A program made the position numbers and the translations under genes. DNA of 64,000 nt from Octopus vulgaris (Eukaryota): assembly GCA_951406725.2 (NCBI GenBank), contig OX597823.1, forward strand, positions 107,074,001 to 107,138,000, in the 5' to 3' direction. The notes below the pieces were generated by a model. The model was not told the origin of the DNA, made no database searches, and saw nothing but the letters and a program-made list of their open reading frames with translations. Positions 1-12,258 of the stretch are shown piece by piece (position 1 is the first letter of the stretch; each line of letters starts with the position of its first letter).

Positions 1-65
1 GGCAAAAACTCTTCAGAGCAGTGCCCCAGCATGGCTGCAATCTAATGACTGAAACAAGTAAATAC

Positions 66-470
66 AAATAGTGTCCTGCATATAGAATTGAATATATAGC
101 ACTGAGTATATAGTGACATATATATATATAGAACGAAATATACAGACCTTTGTATCGAATGAAGAATACATTATCCTGTTCATGAAAGAAAATAGTGTTC
201 TGTATAAAGAACTGAGTATTTAGTGTTTTGTATATGTAACGGTATATCTCGTGCCGAAAGCAAAAAAACGAAGGAGATGGTATATTTTATATAGAACCAA
301 CTATATAACGACCACGTACATATGTCACTGCATAGCTGTACATTGACTTCTGTTCATTATAGAGAACAAATTATTTGATGTCCTGGAGACAGCATCTGTG
401 TATATAATATCTAGCATATACACTGAAGTTTATAGTATTCTTTATATAGAACCAAATCTAATGAGCTACA
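66..470. repeat. Degenerate ~28-30 bp tandem repeat
   Basis: Recurring TAGTGT(T/C)CTG(T/C)ATA(T/A)AGAA(C/T) / TATATAGAACCAA-like units at ~68, ~193, ~285, ~432. Confidence 0.45.
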
Positions 471-477
471 CAATTGT

Positions 478-797
478 ATTCTTTTCTACTAGTACTTAAA
501 TTATCGACTCCGAAAGGATGGAAGGCGGAATTTGAACTCAGAACGTAACGGCAGACGAAATACCTATTTCTTTACTACCCACAAGGAGCTAAACACAGAG
601 GGGACAATCAAGGACATACAAACGGATTAAGTCGACTATATCAACCCCAGTGCGTAACTGGTACTTATTTAATCGACCCCGAAAGGATGAAAGGCAAAGT
701 CGACCTCGCCGGAATTTGAACTCACAACGTAACGGCAGACGAACTACCGCTAAGCAATTCGTGCGGCGTGCTAACGATTCTGCCAGCTCGCCGCCTT
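478..797 (-). mobile_element. tRNA-derived SINE-A: full copy (560-797) joined to a partial second unit
   Basis: Reverse complement of GGCGGCGAGCTGGCAGAA (A-box-like), GAGTTCAAATTCC (B-box), GCCTTTCATCCTTTCGGGGTCGA core and AAAGAAATAGGTAT tail; near-identical to many other copies in the window. Confidence 0.9.
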
Positions 798-1329
798 GAG
801 CGACACAATTATATTGAACAACTCCTGGCTGAGACTTATCAGTGAATCGCTGGTCACTGACTGAATGTGTAAATTGATGGAAAGTCGTTATCTTCAAGAA
901 TTTATCACCACGTACTCTGCTTTTACTTATTTTAACACATGACACATCACTATATATTACAGCACAGCACGGGTAGTAGAGCCTCTGACAAATATAGCTT
1001 GAAGTAACGCCTAAATCTGCGACAAATGATGCCGTAAAACATTAAAAGTTAAGGGTATATTGAATCTATTGCGGACCTGGATATATTATGTCAGAAAAAT
1101 CTATGGTGGTTACGATTGGCGCACATTTGGTGGATTAAAGTTGACATGGTTTAAACATCATAAACAATTTCGGCAGCTGCAATATTTGAAAAGCTAAAAG
1201 TAGCAAAGAGCACAATATTAACAACAAGAGAATTTACTAAGTGGTTGGTTATCTTGCTAGGAATAGCAACTAAATATCCCACAAAAGACACGCCACCGCT
1301 TTAAAAATAATAGGATGCATTGTCATATC

Positions 1330-1367
1330 AACATCATCATCATCATCATCATCAGCATCATTATCAT

Positions 1368-1405
<38 letters not shown>

Positions 1406-1419
1406 TCATCATCATCATC
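1330..1419. repeat. (CAT)n/(CAG)n microsatellite, probably the tail of the adjacent RTE fragment
   Basis: Direct reading of the sequence. Confidence 0.9.
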
Positions 1420-1712
1420 GGTCAAGTGTCCTCCTTTTGTCCAAGAGTCGGCTTTCCAAGAATCTCCAATTCCCTCTGTGTTGTGCTGTAATCAGCCAAG
1501 CTCCTTCCTGTTTCCAGTCCATTCTTTGATGTCATTAATCTATAAACATTTCTGATGGCCTCTTGCATTTTAACCCTCAGCATTTCCTATCAGGGTGGTC
1601 TTCGACAGGGACACGTAGTGCATTGTATATGTTCAAAATAGCATTATCGACTTCATTCTCGACAATAAGTGTCTTTGGACTTTCAGTTTTTCTAGCACTG
1701 CAGCATTTGTTA
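1420..1712 (-). mobile_element. RTE-clade LINE 3' fragment (degenerate)
   Basis: Minus-strand translation gives SLSKTTLIGNAEG*NARGHQKCL*INDIKEWTG, matching the RTE C-terminal pattern K..L.G..EG.R.RGR....W.D.IKEWTG, followed by a (GAT)n tail. Confidence 0.7.
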
Positions 1713-1844
1713 AATAATGATTAAATAATAATTAAATAACAAAAAAAGGAAGGTATATAACTAGAGTACCTATGGCTATAAATCGGCTCGAGGAGGACTG
1801 GCTAGGAACTAAGCAAGATCAAATCGACCCAAGAAATTTTTTTC

Positions 1845-2150
1845 TTTAACTCTTTTACATATTCTATTGGACTTTTCAGCTGAACAGCAAAGTTACGGGG
1901 AGGTAAACAAACCAACATTGGTTATGAAGTAGTAGTGGGAGACAAACAGAAACACACTCAAACACATATATGTATGTGTATAGACATAGTACGGATTTTG
2001 TCCAGTTTCCGCCTACCAAGTTCGCACTCAAGGCATTGGTCGGCCCGGAGTTATAATAGACGGCAGTTGTCCAAAGTACCGCGCAGGGAGCTAAACGCGG
2101 AACCACGGGATTGCAAAGCGAGCTTCTTAATCATATAGCAATACCTGCGC
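1845..2150 (-). mobile_element. tRNA-derived SINE-C copy
   Basis: Similar to 39398-39817 (CAGTTTCCG..CCAA...CACTCA.AAGGC.TTGGTCGGCCCG core, internal AC/AT microsatellite). Confidence 0.75.
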
Positions 2151-2164
2151 ATACAAATGCGTAG

Positions 2165-2350
2165 TAGCACTTCGTCTGTCTTTATGTTCTGAGTTCAAAT
2201 CTCACCGAAGACATCTTTGCCTTTCATCCGTTCGGAGTCGATAAAATAAGTACAATTTGAGCACAGCGGGCGGAGGAGGGAGTCAATGTAATTGACGAGC
2301 CCCCATCTCGAAAATTTCAGGCATTGCACCTATAGCAGAAAGGATTATTA
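2165..2350 (+). mobile_element. SINE-A partial copy with the alternative ATT-ending tail
   Basis: GTTCTGAGTTCAAAT, GCCTTTCATCCGTTCGGAGTCGATAAAATAAGTAC, ends AGAAAGGATTATTA. Confidence 0.75.
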
Positions 2351-2695
2351 GACCACATCATTTATATTTCTTTCAATACTAAGAAATATATAACATTTTA
2401 TATTTATATATATAACAAGGTATATATATATATATATATATATATACGACAGACCATTTTAGACTCCACGACACCGCTGCTACTACACACTGTTACACTT
2501 GACAACTTCACTATTGCACTGCATTAAACTGTGTGTATTATACTATAAGAAACATACACGAAAAATATAAACAAACAGCGCTACACACTGATCACCACAA
2601 TATTTGTTGCAATGTCTGTTTTCGAGCGTCTCAAAATATTCCATATATTTCTTTCTATTCAATAAAACACCAATCGCTTCCACGACAACCTATTA

Positions 2696-2838
2696 ACACC
2701 ACCACTACCACCACCACAACCACAACCACAACCACAACCACCACCACCACAACTACCGCCACCACCGTTACCACTACCACCACCACCACCACCACCACCA
2801 CCAGTACTATTACCAACGTTATTACTACCACCATTACA

Positions 2839-2920
<82 letters not shown>
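2696..2920. repeat. Compound trinucleotide microsatellite (ACC)n-(ACT)n-(GCT)n
   Basis: Direct reading; explains the poly-T/poly-A and poly-V ORFs. Confidence 0.95.
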
Positions 2921-2921
<1 letters not shown>

Positions 2922-3129
2922 ACGAGCAGCAATATCAACGTGAGCAACAGTAGTAACAAAAGCATTAAAGCAGCTGTCGCTTTCTAATTTCATGTAAATT
3001 ATTTGTCAGCAAGACGTCCATAGTTTCTATACAGAAAATGTTTGTCTTCATAAAAGACACATGTAGAAATCTCTCAAAATTTCTGTCATTCACACTCCTT
3101 CAATATTTCAAAATATAAACACGATTAAT

Positions 3130-3780
3130 GGTTGTTGTTGTTGTTGTTATTGTTGTTGTTGGTGGTGTTGTTGTTTCTGCCATCGTCGTCGTTGTTGTTG
3201 TTGTTGTTGTTGGTGACAGTATTGATTCTTTTTTCTCATCTTCCACTAAGACATATTCATGATGATGATGATGGTGATGATGATGTTGCTGATGGTGATG
3301 GTGATGATGATGATGATGATGATGATGGTAATGATGATCATGATCATGATCATGATGGTGATGATGATGGTAATGATGATGATGATGATCATCATCATCG
3401 TCGTCATCACAATCATTACAACCAACATCATCACAAGTTCAAGAACAATCATCATCATTATCAACAAGTACAAGAACAACAACATCTTCACCATCGTTGT
3501 CATCGTCGTCGTCATCGTCACCATCACTACAATCGCCATTACAATATTTCTCGTGATCGTCATCACTCCCCTAATTAATCATCATTGCTGTTATCATCAC
3601 CATCATCGTCATTTACGTCGTCATCATCGTCATTATAACAATCTTAATCACCATCGCTATCACGACTGCCGCCACGACCATCATCATCATCAACGGCATC
3701 ATCATCATCCACATCACCAATATTACTATCATCATAACCATATCATTACCGCCACCCTTGTCATCCCCACAACCATTACC
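3130..3780. repeat. Low-complexity (GTT)n/(GAT)n/(CAT)n tract
   Basis: Direct reading; source of His/Asp/Met-rich spurious ORFs. Confidence 0.9.
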
Positions 3781-4016
3781 AATACCTATTTCTATATTAC
3801 CCACAAGGGGCTAAACACAGAGCGGACAAACAAGGACAGACATAGGTATTAAGGCGATTACATCGACCCCAGTGCGTAACTGGTACTTAATTTATCGACC
3901 CCGAAAGGATGAAAGGCAAAGTCGACCTCGGCGGAATTTGAACTCACAACGTAACGCAGATGAAACACCGCTAAGCATTTCGTCCGGCGTGCTAACGTTT
4001 CTGCCAACTCGCCGCT
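3781..4016 (-). mobile_element. SINE-A full copy (tail type 1)
   Basis: High identity to 61834-62068 (reverse complement). Confidence 0.92.
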
Positions 4017-4265
4017 ATTATCATCATCGTCGTCGTCGTCGTCACCACCATCATCATCATCATGACAACCATCATTATTATCGCCATCATCCTCACCATC
4101 ATCAGTAACACTCCAACCATCATCATTGTCATCATCAACATCATCGTCGTAATGTCTATGCTTTATGACTTTGGCTATCAAAGAGGATTTCTAATATGAA
4201 CAATAGGACACAGATTAATTGGGGGAGAGTATATTCCATTACCATATTGACTGTACTCCACATAT

Positions 4266-4479
4266 TCTTTTCTCCTCTAGGTACAAGACCCAAAATTTTG
4301 GGGAAGGGGGCCAGTCGATTAGATCGACTCCTGTACTCAACTGGTACTTAATTTATCGACCCCGAAAGGATGAAAGGCAAAGTCGACCTCGGCGGAATTT
4401 GAACTCAGAACGTAACGGCAGACGAAGTACCACTAAGCATTTCGCCCGGTGTGCTAACGTTTCTGCCTGCTCGCCACCT
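4266..4479 (-). mobile_element. SINE-A full copy (tail type 2) with probable TSD
   Basis: Same head and core; flanked by TGTACTCCACATAT / TGTACTGCACATAT. Confidence 0.88.
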
Positions 4480-4979
4480 ATTGTACTGCACATATAGTTA
4501 AACCAGGTGTATGGCCCACTTTTATATTTATTATATTCAACAGGTTGATAGAAAAGAACTGTAGTCGATTATCATCACTATCACCGTAGGCCTCGGTGTT
4601 TTACTGGTAATTATTTCATTGACGACCCTGAATGAATGAAAGACAAAAGCGGTCTCAGCGGGAAATGAACCGAATGAACTAGTTTAAAACATAAACTACG
4701 CATTAAAATACTTCAAGAAAGTATATGGCGGCCACTCTATCGATAATACGAATTTCTAACATAAGGTTGAAAGCACCAAATCAGACGGGGGAGGAACATC
4801 ATTGATTATATTCGACACCATTAAATGAATAGTATTTATTTTATGGCTGCAAAAGCAAAAATGAACTCGTTAGGATTGGCAATCACAACGTTAAGGTGGT
4901 GTAACGTTAAAGAGATTAATGTGATGTAAATAACTCATTTTGTCAGAGCTCTACTGAATCACCTTTCCACCACTCTCTC

Positions 4980-5029
<50 letters not shown>

Positions 5030-5030
<1 letters not shown>

Positions 5031-6191
5031 TATGGGCGGGCTAGCGATACCTTCGGGGGAGGTTATGGGGCAAATTGAAGAGACAGGCTATAAGTATTTG
5101 GGGATATTGGAAATGGATAAATTGATGGGGAAAGAAATGACAAAAAAATTTACGGTGGAGTACTTGCGCAGACTGAAACTGATCCTTAAGTAAAAATTAA
5201 ACGGAATAAATGGAGCAGGGATAATCGCATGGACAGTAGACGAACTAAACAGCTTAGACGGAAAGACATAGAAGTTGCTGACTAGATATGGGATGCTCTA
5301 AAACAAGGGGGAAGAGGACTGATTGGATGCGAACACAGCATTAGAGCAAAAGAAAACACCATAGTATGGTATGTAAAAAATGCCACAGAACCACTATTAT
5401 TGGAAATAAGAAGGTCAGGGTTGTGTAGGATGAAAGATTCCAAAGATAGAGCACTGTACAAACACTTGAGAATGAATGAAACTGAAAATAGGTGGATAAA
5501 GAAAAGAATGCATGAACAATTTCATAAGGGTATTAATGATAAGACACAGACAAATATGGGTGACTAAAAGTGATTTAAAACCGGAAAAGGAGGCTCTAAT
5601 CTGTGCTGCCCAAGACGGGCATTAAGAACCAATTATATCAAATACAGAATAGACAACACATCAGAAAGTAATAAGTGCAAAATTTGTGAACAAAATTGTG
5701 AAACCGTATGGCATGTTACCAGTCAATGTACGCCACTAGCTCAGAACGAATATAAGAGACGTCATGACAACATAGCAAGGAATGTCCATTGGACACTTTG
5801 CAACAAGTATGAACTTGGCAGAGCAAAAACGTTGAACGAACATAAACCCGAAGCTATCATCGAAAATGGTAATGCAAAGATCCTATGGGATTTTATGGTT
5901 ACTATACTATGAGTAGGAAAGAAAAGTCGATAGATATGACAGGTTAGCTTGGGAGGTTAAGCAATTGTAGTTGAAAAAGGTGGTAGTAGGAGCCCAGGGA
6001 ACAGTCAGTAAAAATCTTGAGAAGTACATGGAACAAATAGAGGCTGCAATAAGGATGGAGCGCTTGCAGAAAACAGCACTGCTTGGAACCGCTCAGATGG
6101 TGCTCGAAAAAGGAGGAGTGTTACCTTAGTTCACTGGTAGTGAACAGCTGACAACGTAGTACATCTCCAGCGTTAGAAGCTGTGCAAAGAA

Positions 6192-6192
<1 letters not shown>
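5030..6192 (+). mobile_element. 5'-truncated Dong/R4-like non-LTR retrotransposon (RLE type), pseudogenised, embedded in (TAA)n
   Basis: YKYLGILE at 5089; ALRTNYIKYRID; zinc knuckle CKICEQNCETVWHVTSQC (5676-5729); EYKRRHDNIARNVHW (RHD 5760-5768); KILWDF; C-terminal LQKTALLGTA; (TAA)n on both sides. Confidence 0.85.
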
Positions 6193-6193
<1 letters not shown>

Positions 6194-6264
<71 letters not shown>

Positions 6265-6289
6265 GCAAATTTGAAAGAAGAAAAAAAAA

Positions 6290-6350
<61 letters not shown>

Positions 6351-6372
6351 CAACAACAACAACAACAACAAC

Positions 6373-6446
<74 letters not shown>

Positions 6447-6450
6447 TAAT
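6194..6450. repeat. (TAA)n/(CAA)n microsatellite
   Basis: Direct reading. Confidence 0.97.
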
Positions 6451-6523
6451 AAGGATGATGATGAATTCTTTTTCCCGTTTTTACTTATATTTCATAATAA
6501 GAATGATCCCTGTCTTAATCATT

Positions 6524-7470
6524 AAGGGGCTACACAAAGAGCGAGGATTGTACAGGGTGATATGATACAATGTGGAGTACATGAAAGGGAGTAAATAATA
6601 AACTAAGATAAACAAAGAAGCAGAAATTAATCAAGGGGTGATTCCTCAAAATGGTTGGTGATCTCCGAGGGCTGCAAGTGATAACTCCACGAAACCACGG
6701 TCACCTTCAACGCTAAGGCAAGTGCTGTCTACTCATGCTCCTTCCTCAGTCTACTGGCGCATGCTCAGAGCACACCCATTTTGCCATGGTCATTCACCTT
6801 TCATCAAACTTTCTTCTCCACACTCACTTTTCTTTGGCCTAAGAGAAAGGTGTCAGTCACTAGTCTTTTCGGTCTCGTTTACATCACAACCTTTTTTGCC
6901 AAGGTTAGCTTTCCCAGCCAAAGGAAAGTGACGCGAGGATCTTCAAAATGGATTCAATCGAAAGCCAGATCCGTTCTTCACATGTCAGCAAATATTCGAC
7001 ATAACACCTTAAGTCAGCAATGCTTTGTGTGCATCTGGAGTAAGCCGGCTAACAGCCTGTAGAGTTTATTTCAGATCTGCAATGCCTTTTGGTAGCACTG
7101 CCACGCCTGAGATCTCTATAAAATATGCACGTCCTCCAGAACAAACCAGCTAAATGATTCTCGTCAACATCCAGAGTCTCCTCGAGAAAGTTGGCGCTCT
7201 TTACCGCAATGAACATTCTAGAGAAGGCTAAAATACACCTTCTGCCTACTGCACTGCACGACTGGCAATCTGTTGTGAACACCTGACGTCATTCTGGCTG
7301 TCGCAGTTCAGTCAGAGACGAGCGACAAAGAAAAGCGTGTCTGACAAACAGCAACCACACTTGCTCACCGCCAAGGACAAGGCTGGAGAATGTCACAGCC
7401 ACAGTACATGTCTGCGTATCATCAGCCATGGCATTTCCTGAAAGGATTAAAGGCAAAATGAACTTCTGCA
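6524..7470 (-). mobile_element. Degenerate L1/Tx1-like LINE 3' fragment
   Basis: Minus-strand pieces FLEETLDVDENHLAGLF / AWQCYQKALQI*NKLYRL / IADLRCYVEYLL..IWLSIESILKI / LAKKVV..TR resemble the C-terminal zf-RVT region of L1/Tx1 ORF2; many stops and frameshifts. Confidence 0.6.
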
Positions 7471-8519
7471 AGATTTGCGTTCAGAAGGTAAAAAGCCGGA
7501 TGAGATGCCGCTAAGCATTTTGCCTGAAGTGCTTAGTGATGGAGTTAATCCATTGCACTTTTCAGTAAAATAACAGAATAATAAAGATTAATTTCGGCAT
7601 GGATGCCACTTTCTGTTAAACGATTTCAATAATAGTAATAATAGTTGGGAAAAAGATATTTAACAAGTAAGTAAGGGTAAATGTGAACACTCAAGTGGTA
7701 TGTACATTTATAGTCTTTTACTCAAAGAGAAACTAATGGTGCAGGGATTCATGAAAATCCCTTACCAGATGATATAATGTGGCATCCATCTTGGAACTGA
7801 ATTGTTTATTCTTTTTTGTTCTGTTATGACTTTAACGTCTTCATATTTCGATTTCATTTATAAATGTTTTCTGTCAAGCCTACTCCGATGCTCTGGCAAC
7901 GATTCGATCGCGTACATTCTTTTCTTCTATCTCACTTTGGAATTTGAAACATTCAACCTATTCTTTGAAATACTTTTAAACGAACTGAGTATCTGAATCT
8001 AGATATAAGCCAGCAGTTTTTGAGGAGTCCATTACATCGACTACAGTACTTGACTCGTACTTATTTTATCGAGCCCGAAGGATGAAAGGCAAAATCGACC
8101 TCGGCGGAATTTGAACTTAGAACGTACAGATGGTGGGTGTTGAGACGGTCCAGGTGGGCGCTGGTGCATAAGGGGGTGGTAGTAGAAAAAAGGAGGCATT
8201 GAGAGGAAGGCAGTGAATTGGAGGACGCTATGAATTTATTATAATATTATTATAGTATTGTATACAAATTATATAATATATTAAATATCAAATGATTCAT
8301 GGTATATATAAATTAGTAAAATATAAAATATTTATTAATATATAGAAATAGAGGTGGGGGCGCTGAGGTTATTATGTGGGCATGAGGTGGAGGGAGCAAA
8401 AATTTTGAGAATCTCTGAAGTCAGTGATATCGAGTAACCCCCACCTTCAGATTTTTGGCCTTGTGCTTAATGAAGAAACATCAGTTATTAATGGATAGAA
8501 TAAAAACGGAAGGTAAAAG

Positions 8520-9062
8520 CAACTGTATATTTTTAATCAATTAGGATTGAACTGTCAACATTTAGTGGTCATTACACTAGTATTTGATAGAAAAGAAATG
8601 TTTATGATTTTAGTAACCAGTGCACTAGTATATAAAATATGTAAACCTTTAGTAATCAGTATAGTTGTTTACATGCGTTTACCTTTCGTGATCAGTAAAT
8701 TAGTAATTAACAGTAAAAAAAATATGCATATCTTTTGTGATCAATACACTAGTATTGAACAATAACTGAAATGTTTATACGTTTAGTTATCAGTAAACTA
8801 GTGTTTAACAGTAAATATGTGTCCACGCTTGGTGATTATTAAACTATGACTTAACAGTAAATAAAGTTTATACTTTTAGTTATTACTGTGCTGAATTTGA
8901 ACTGTAAATATCTGTTTATACGCTTAGTGATCAATAAAGAAGTATTGAACAATAAAATAAATATTTACACTTTTAGTGATCAATAAACTAAAATTGAACG
9001 GTAAATAAATGTTTACACTTTTAAAGATCGATAAACGAAAACTGAACAGTAAATGTTTACGT
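8520..9062. repeat. Degenerate ~45 bp minisatellite (roughly a dozen units)
   Basis: Consensus approximately TTAGTGATCAGTAAACTAGTATTGAACAGTAAATAAATGTTTACACTT repeated with divergence. Confidence 0.8.
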
Positions 9063-9149
9063 TGTCTACATAACGTGCTTAAAAACCATGAAAAGACGTG
9101 AAAAATGAATGTTGGAAACGAAATGTTTTGAACGGGTGTTATATTAATA

Positions 9150-9297
9150 TTCTATAATCCTCATGGGTTTGTATTGTAAATCTGCTAATCGAGCGACAAA
9201 ACTAGGGCGTGTCTCGATTTGAAAACGACAGATCATACGTTCTAAAGTCAAATTTGTTTAGTTAAAATCTAGGAATTGACGGCAAAATCAGGTAAGT
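9150..9297 (+). promoter_or_regulatory. Candidate promoter / first non-coding exon ending at a consensus 5' splice donor
   Basis: Unique, CpG-containing stretch (GGGCGTGTC) ending CAG|GTAAGT at 9291/9292, followed by AT-rich intron-like DNA. Confidence 0.3.
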
Positions 9298-10544
9298 CTA
9301 TAATGTATGTTATCTGCGTGTGTAAGTGTGGTATATTTATGTCATATCTTGCATTTCATATTCAATTATAAACATTCTCAAACTTATTCTGTTTTTGGAC
9401 ACTGAGTATAAAATCAAATCACATTTGCTCTCATATTCATTCGGATTTAAATTACATTTTAAATCATTTATACATAATTTCGTTGACCTGAATAACTTTA
9501 CATTACCTTTGTTTACATTCATACATATTTAATTTATTTTTAATATGTAGTAAATTCATATATTTTTATATTCGTTATTAAATAAATCATTATCATTATC
9601 ACTATTATTTTCACCATTACGATCATTAATACCTTTAATTATTCATAATATATTTTTTTCTGTTTAGTTCAAGGTTTTAGATCAACAAGATAGTCTTATC
9701 ATATACTAAGATGTATCAACGTTGTGGGCAATTTCAACTTTTAGATTATTATATTTTTTTTAGAAAATTATTTATTTATTACCAGTGTCTATTAAAAATA
9801 TCATTTTCCTATAAAAATCGATAGAATTGTCGGATAGCTTACCTTGCTGTATTTGTTCCTGAGTTCGAATCACGTCGCAGTAAACTTTGCCTTTCATGCT
9901 TACGGGGATCAAATTAATAAAACCCATTCAAATCCTGGGAGGCATTCTTCTCTCTATCTCTCCCTCTCTTTGAGAACCAGCTACACTGTGCTATGTAGAA
10001 AAAAGTTAAAGGAGTCCGTTGCTTCACCTCATAAAAAAAAAGAACTGATATACTACTGAGGCCGTCTAATGACGGTCCGGTTTGCGTCTGTTGTTGTTGT
10101 TTAGCTCCAAATTAACCGCAATTGAGCAGAACTACGAACCAAGTATTTGCAGTAGGTCTACCTTATGCAATGTGCCGTTTCTCTATTCAAAACAATAGGT
10201 AGATATTTGGCTTGTATTTCTAGCAAGTCCGGCAACGACACACGGGCTCGCTCATTGACTCATTATGATAATATAATTGTTGATGATGCTATTTAGCCCC
10301 AGACCAACCCTAACGAGTAGACCTATGATCAAAAACATTTCAGTCGTAGCCATCTCATCTTTTTCTTATCTGCAGGAAATTCAGAACTACTTTATTTGAT
10401 ATGTCCTTAAATCAGACTATCGGATGTGATTTTAGGGAGATTTGACCACTATTTCTAACAGGTTGACTGACCTTATAGAAGCCCCCTAACTAATATACTA
10501 AAAAGCTGTTTCAGAATGGTATATTGATTGGTTTAACAAAATTA

Positions 10545-10810
10545 ATGTACTGAGTAATGATATAACGTTACATAGCAATATTATAGGCCCGAGAGTGCAC
10601 TGAGCAGTTATACAATGGTAATATAGGTCATGTCTACTGAACAGTTATATAGTTGTGATATAGGCTATAGGGTGTATTAAGCAGTAATATAGGCTATTTC
10701 ATGTTCTGTGGCAGTAATATAGGTTATCGTATGTACTGAGCAGTTATATGAGCCATAATGCATAATATAGCGCTAATGGAGGCCATCGTGTGTACTGTGC
10801 AGCAATATAT
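10545..10810. repeat. Degenerate ~30 bp tandem repeat
   Basis: Recurring GTACTGAGCAG(T/C)(A/T)ATAT..AGG(C/T)(C/T)AT-like units. Confidence 0.65.
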
Positions 10811-11581
10811 CAGATATGTAGGCCAAATCGAAAAATCCTAAAATATATTGCATATGTTTAAATGACAGTTTCTTAAGTTTATAAATAGTGTACACATCTC
10901 TGTTATTGCACTTTAAATAGAACTAGACTGATATTTCAAGATGTGTTTTTACATATTTAAATATTAACCCTAATTTCATGGTTTCAAGAGTAAAGAAAAT
11001 GAACCTCATGGAAAAATAAGGGTTCAGAAAAGGTCTATTGATTATAATTTATTTATTTTATTCTGATTCCTTTTTCCCTGTATTTTTTTCTCCCCCCACC
11101 CACAACCAACGCCTGTTCGTGGATTTTTTCCAATATTTCATTCCGTTTATTATTTTCCTGAATCCAAAAAGGAACAAACAAGACAAAAGATATTCCTTAT
11201 AATGGATTAGTGCAAGGTCCACCGGAGGTCACATTAATTATTGGGGAGCAAGAGGGAGAGGTATGAAGGTGGCGTTATTGTTTGATGTTGTCGTCGTTGT
11301 GATGGCGATGGGAGTGAAGAATTATTGATGGTGGTGGTTTAGGCTGTGGTAGTAGTGGGGGGTGCACATTGGTGTTTTGTATTGTGTGTTTTCGTGTTTA
11401 TTTGGTGGGGTGGGGGATGCTAATATGCATTGTTATGGTCACTGCATTGTTGTTGCTATTATCGTTGTTGGTTTTTGCTGTTTGTTTTGGCTGATGAAGG
11501 AGGCCAGGAAATGTGCTTTTTTTTGTGGACTGTGTTGTTAATGTTGTTGTTATTCTTTTTCTCCTCCACCGTCGACGCATC

Positions 11582-11590
11582 CTTCTTCTT

Positions 11591-11688
<98 letters not shown>

Positions 11689-11698
11689 CATTATTATT
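11582..11698. repeat. (CTT)n-(ATT)n compound microsatellite
   Basis: Direct reading. Confidence 0.97.
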
Positions 11699-11699
11699 A

Positions 11700-12179
11700 A
11701 GACGGTGAGCTGGCAGAAACGTTAGCACGCCGGGCGAAATGCGTAGCGGTATTTCGCCAACCACTACGTTCTGAGTTCCAACTCCGCCTAGGTCGACTTT
11801 GCCTTTCATCCTTTCGGGGTCGATTAATTAAGTACCAGTAGAATACTGAGGTCGATGTATTCGGCTAGTCCCTCTACTCAAAAGCTCAGGTCTTGTGCCT
11901 ATAATAGAAAGGATTATTAGTAGTATTAAGGTAGCAAGCTGACAGAATCGTTAGAGTGCCGGACAAAATGCTTAGCAGTATTTCGCCCGTCGCTACCTTT
12001 TGAGTTCGAATTCCTCCGAGGTCGACTTTGCCTTTCATCCTTTCGGGGCGTCGATAAATTAAGTACCAGGGAGACACTGGGGTAGAGGTAATCGACTAGT
12101 ATCCTCCCCCACAGTTCAAGCCTTGTGCCTTTAGTAGAAAGGATTATTATTATTACTTTTATTATATTAATTATTATAT

Positions 12180-12258
<79 letters not shown>

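Noticed and set aside
2533-3852. Long ORFs of poly-T/V/D/H/M
   Set aside because: Translations of trinucleotide microsatellites, open in several frames and on both strands, with no domain signal.
3872-4497. Recurrent peptide NWYLIYRPRKDERQSRPRRNLNS in several ORFs
   Set aside because: Antisense translation of the SINE-A core, not a gene family.
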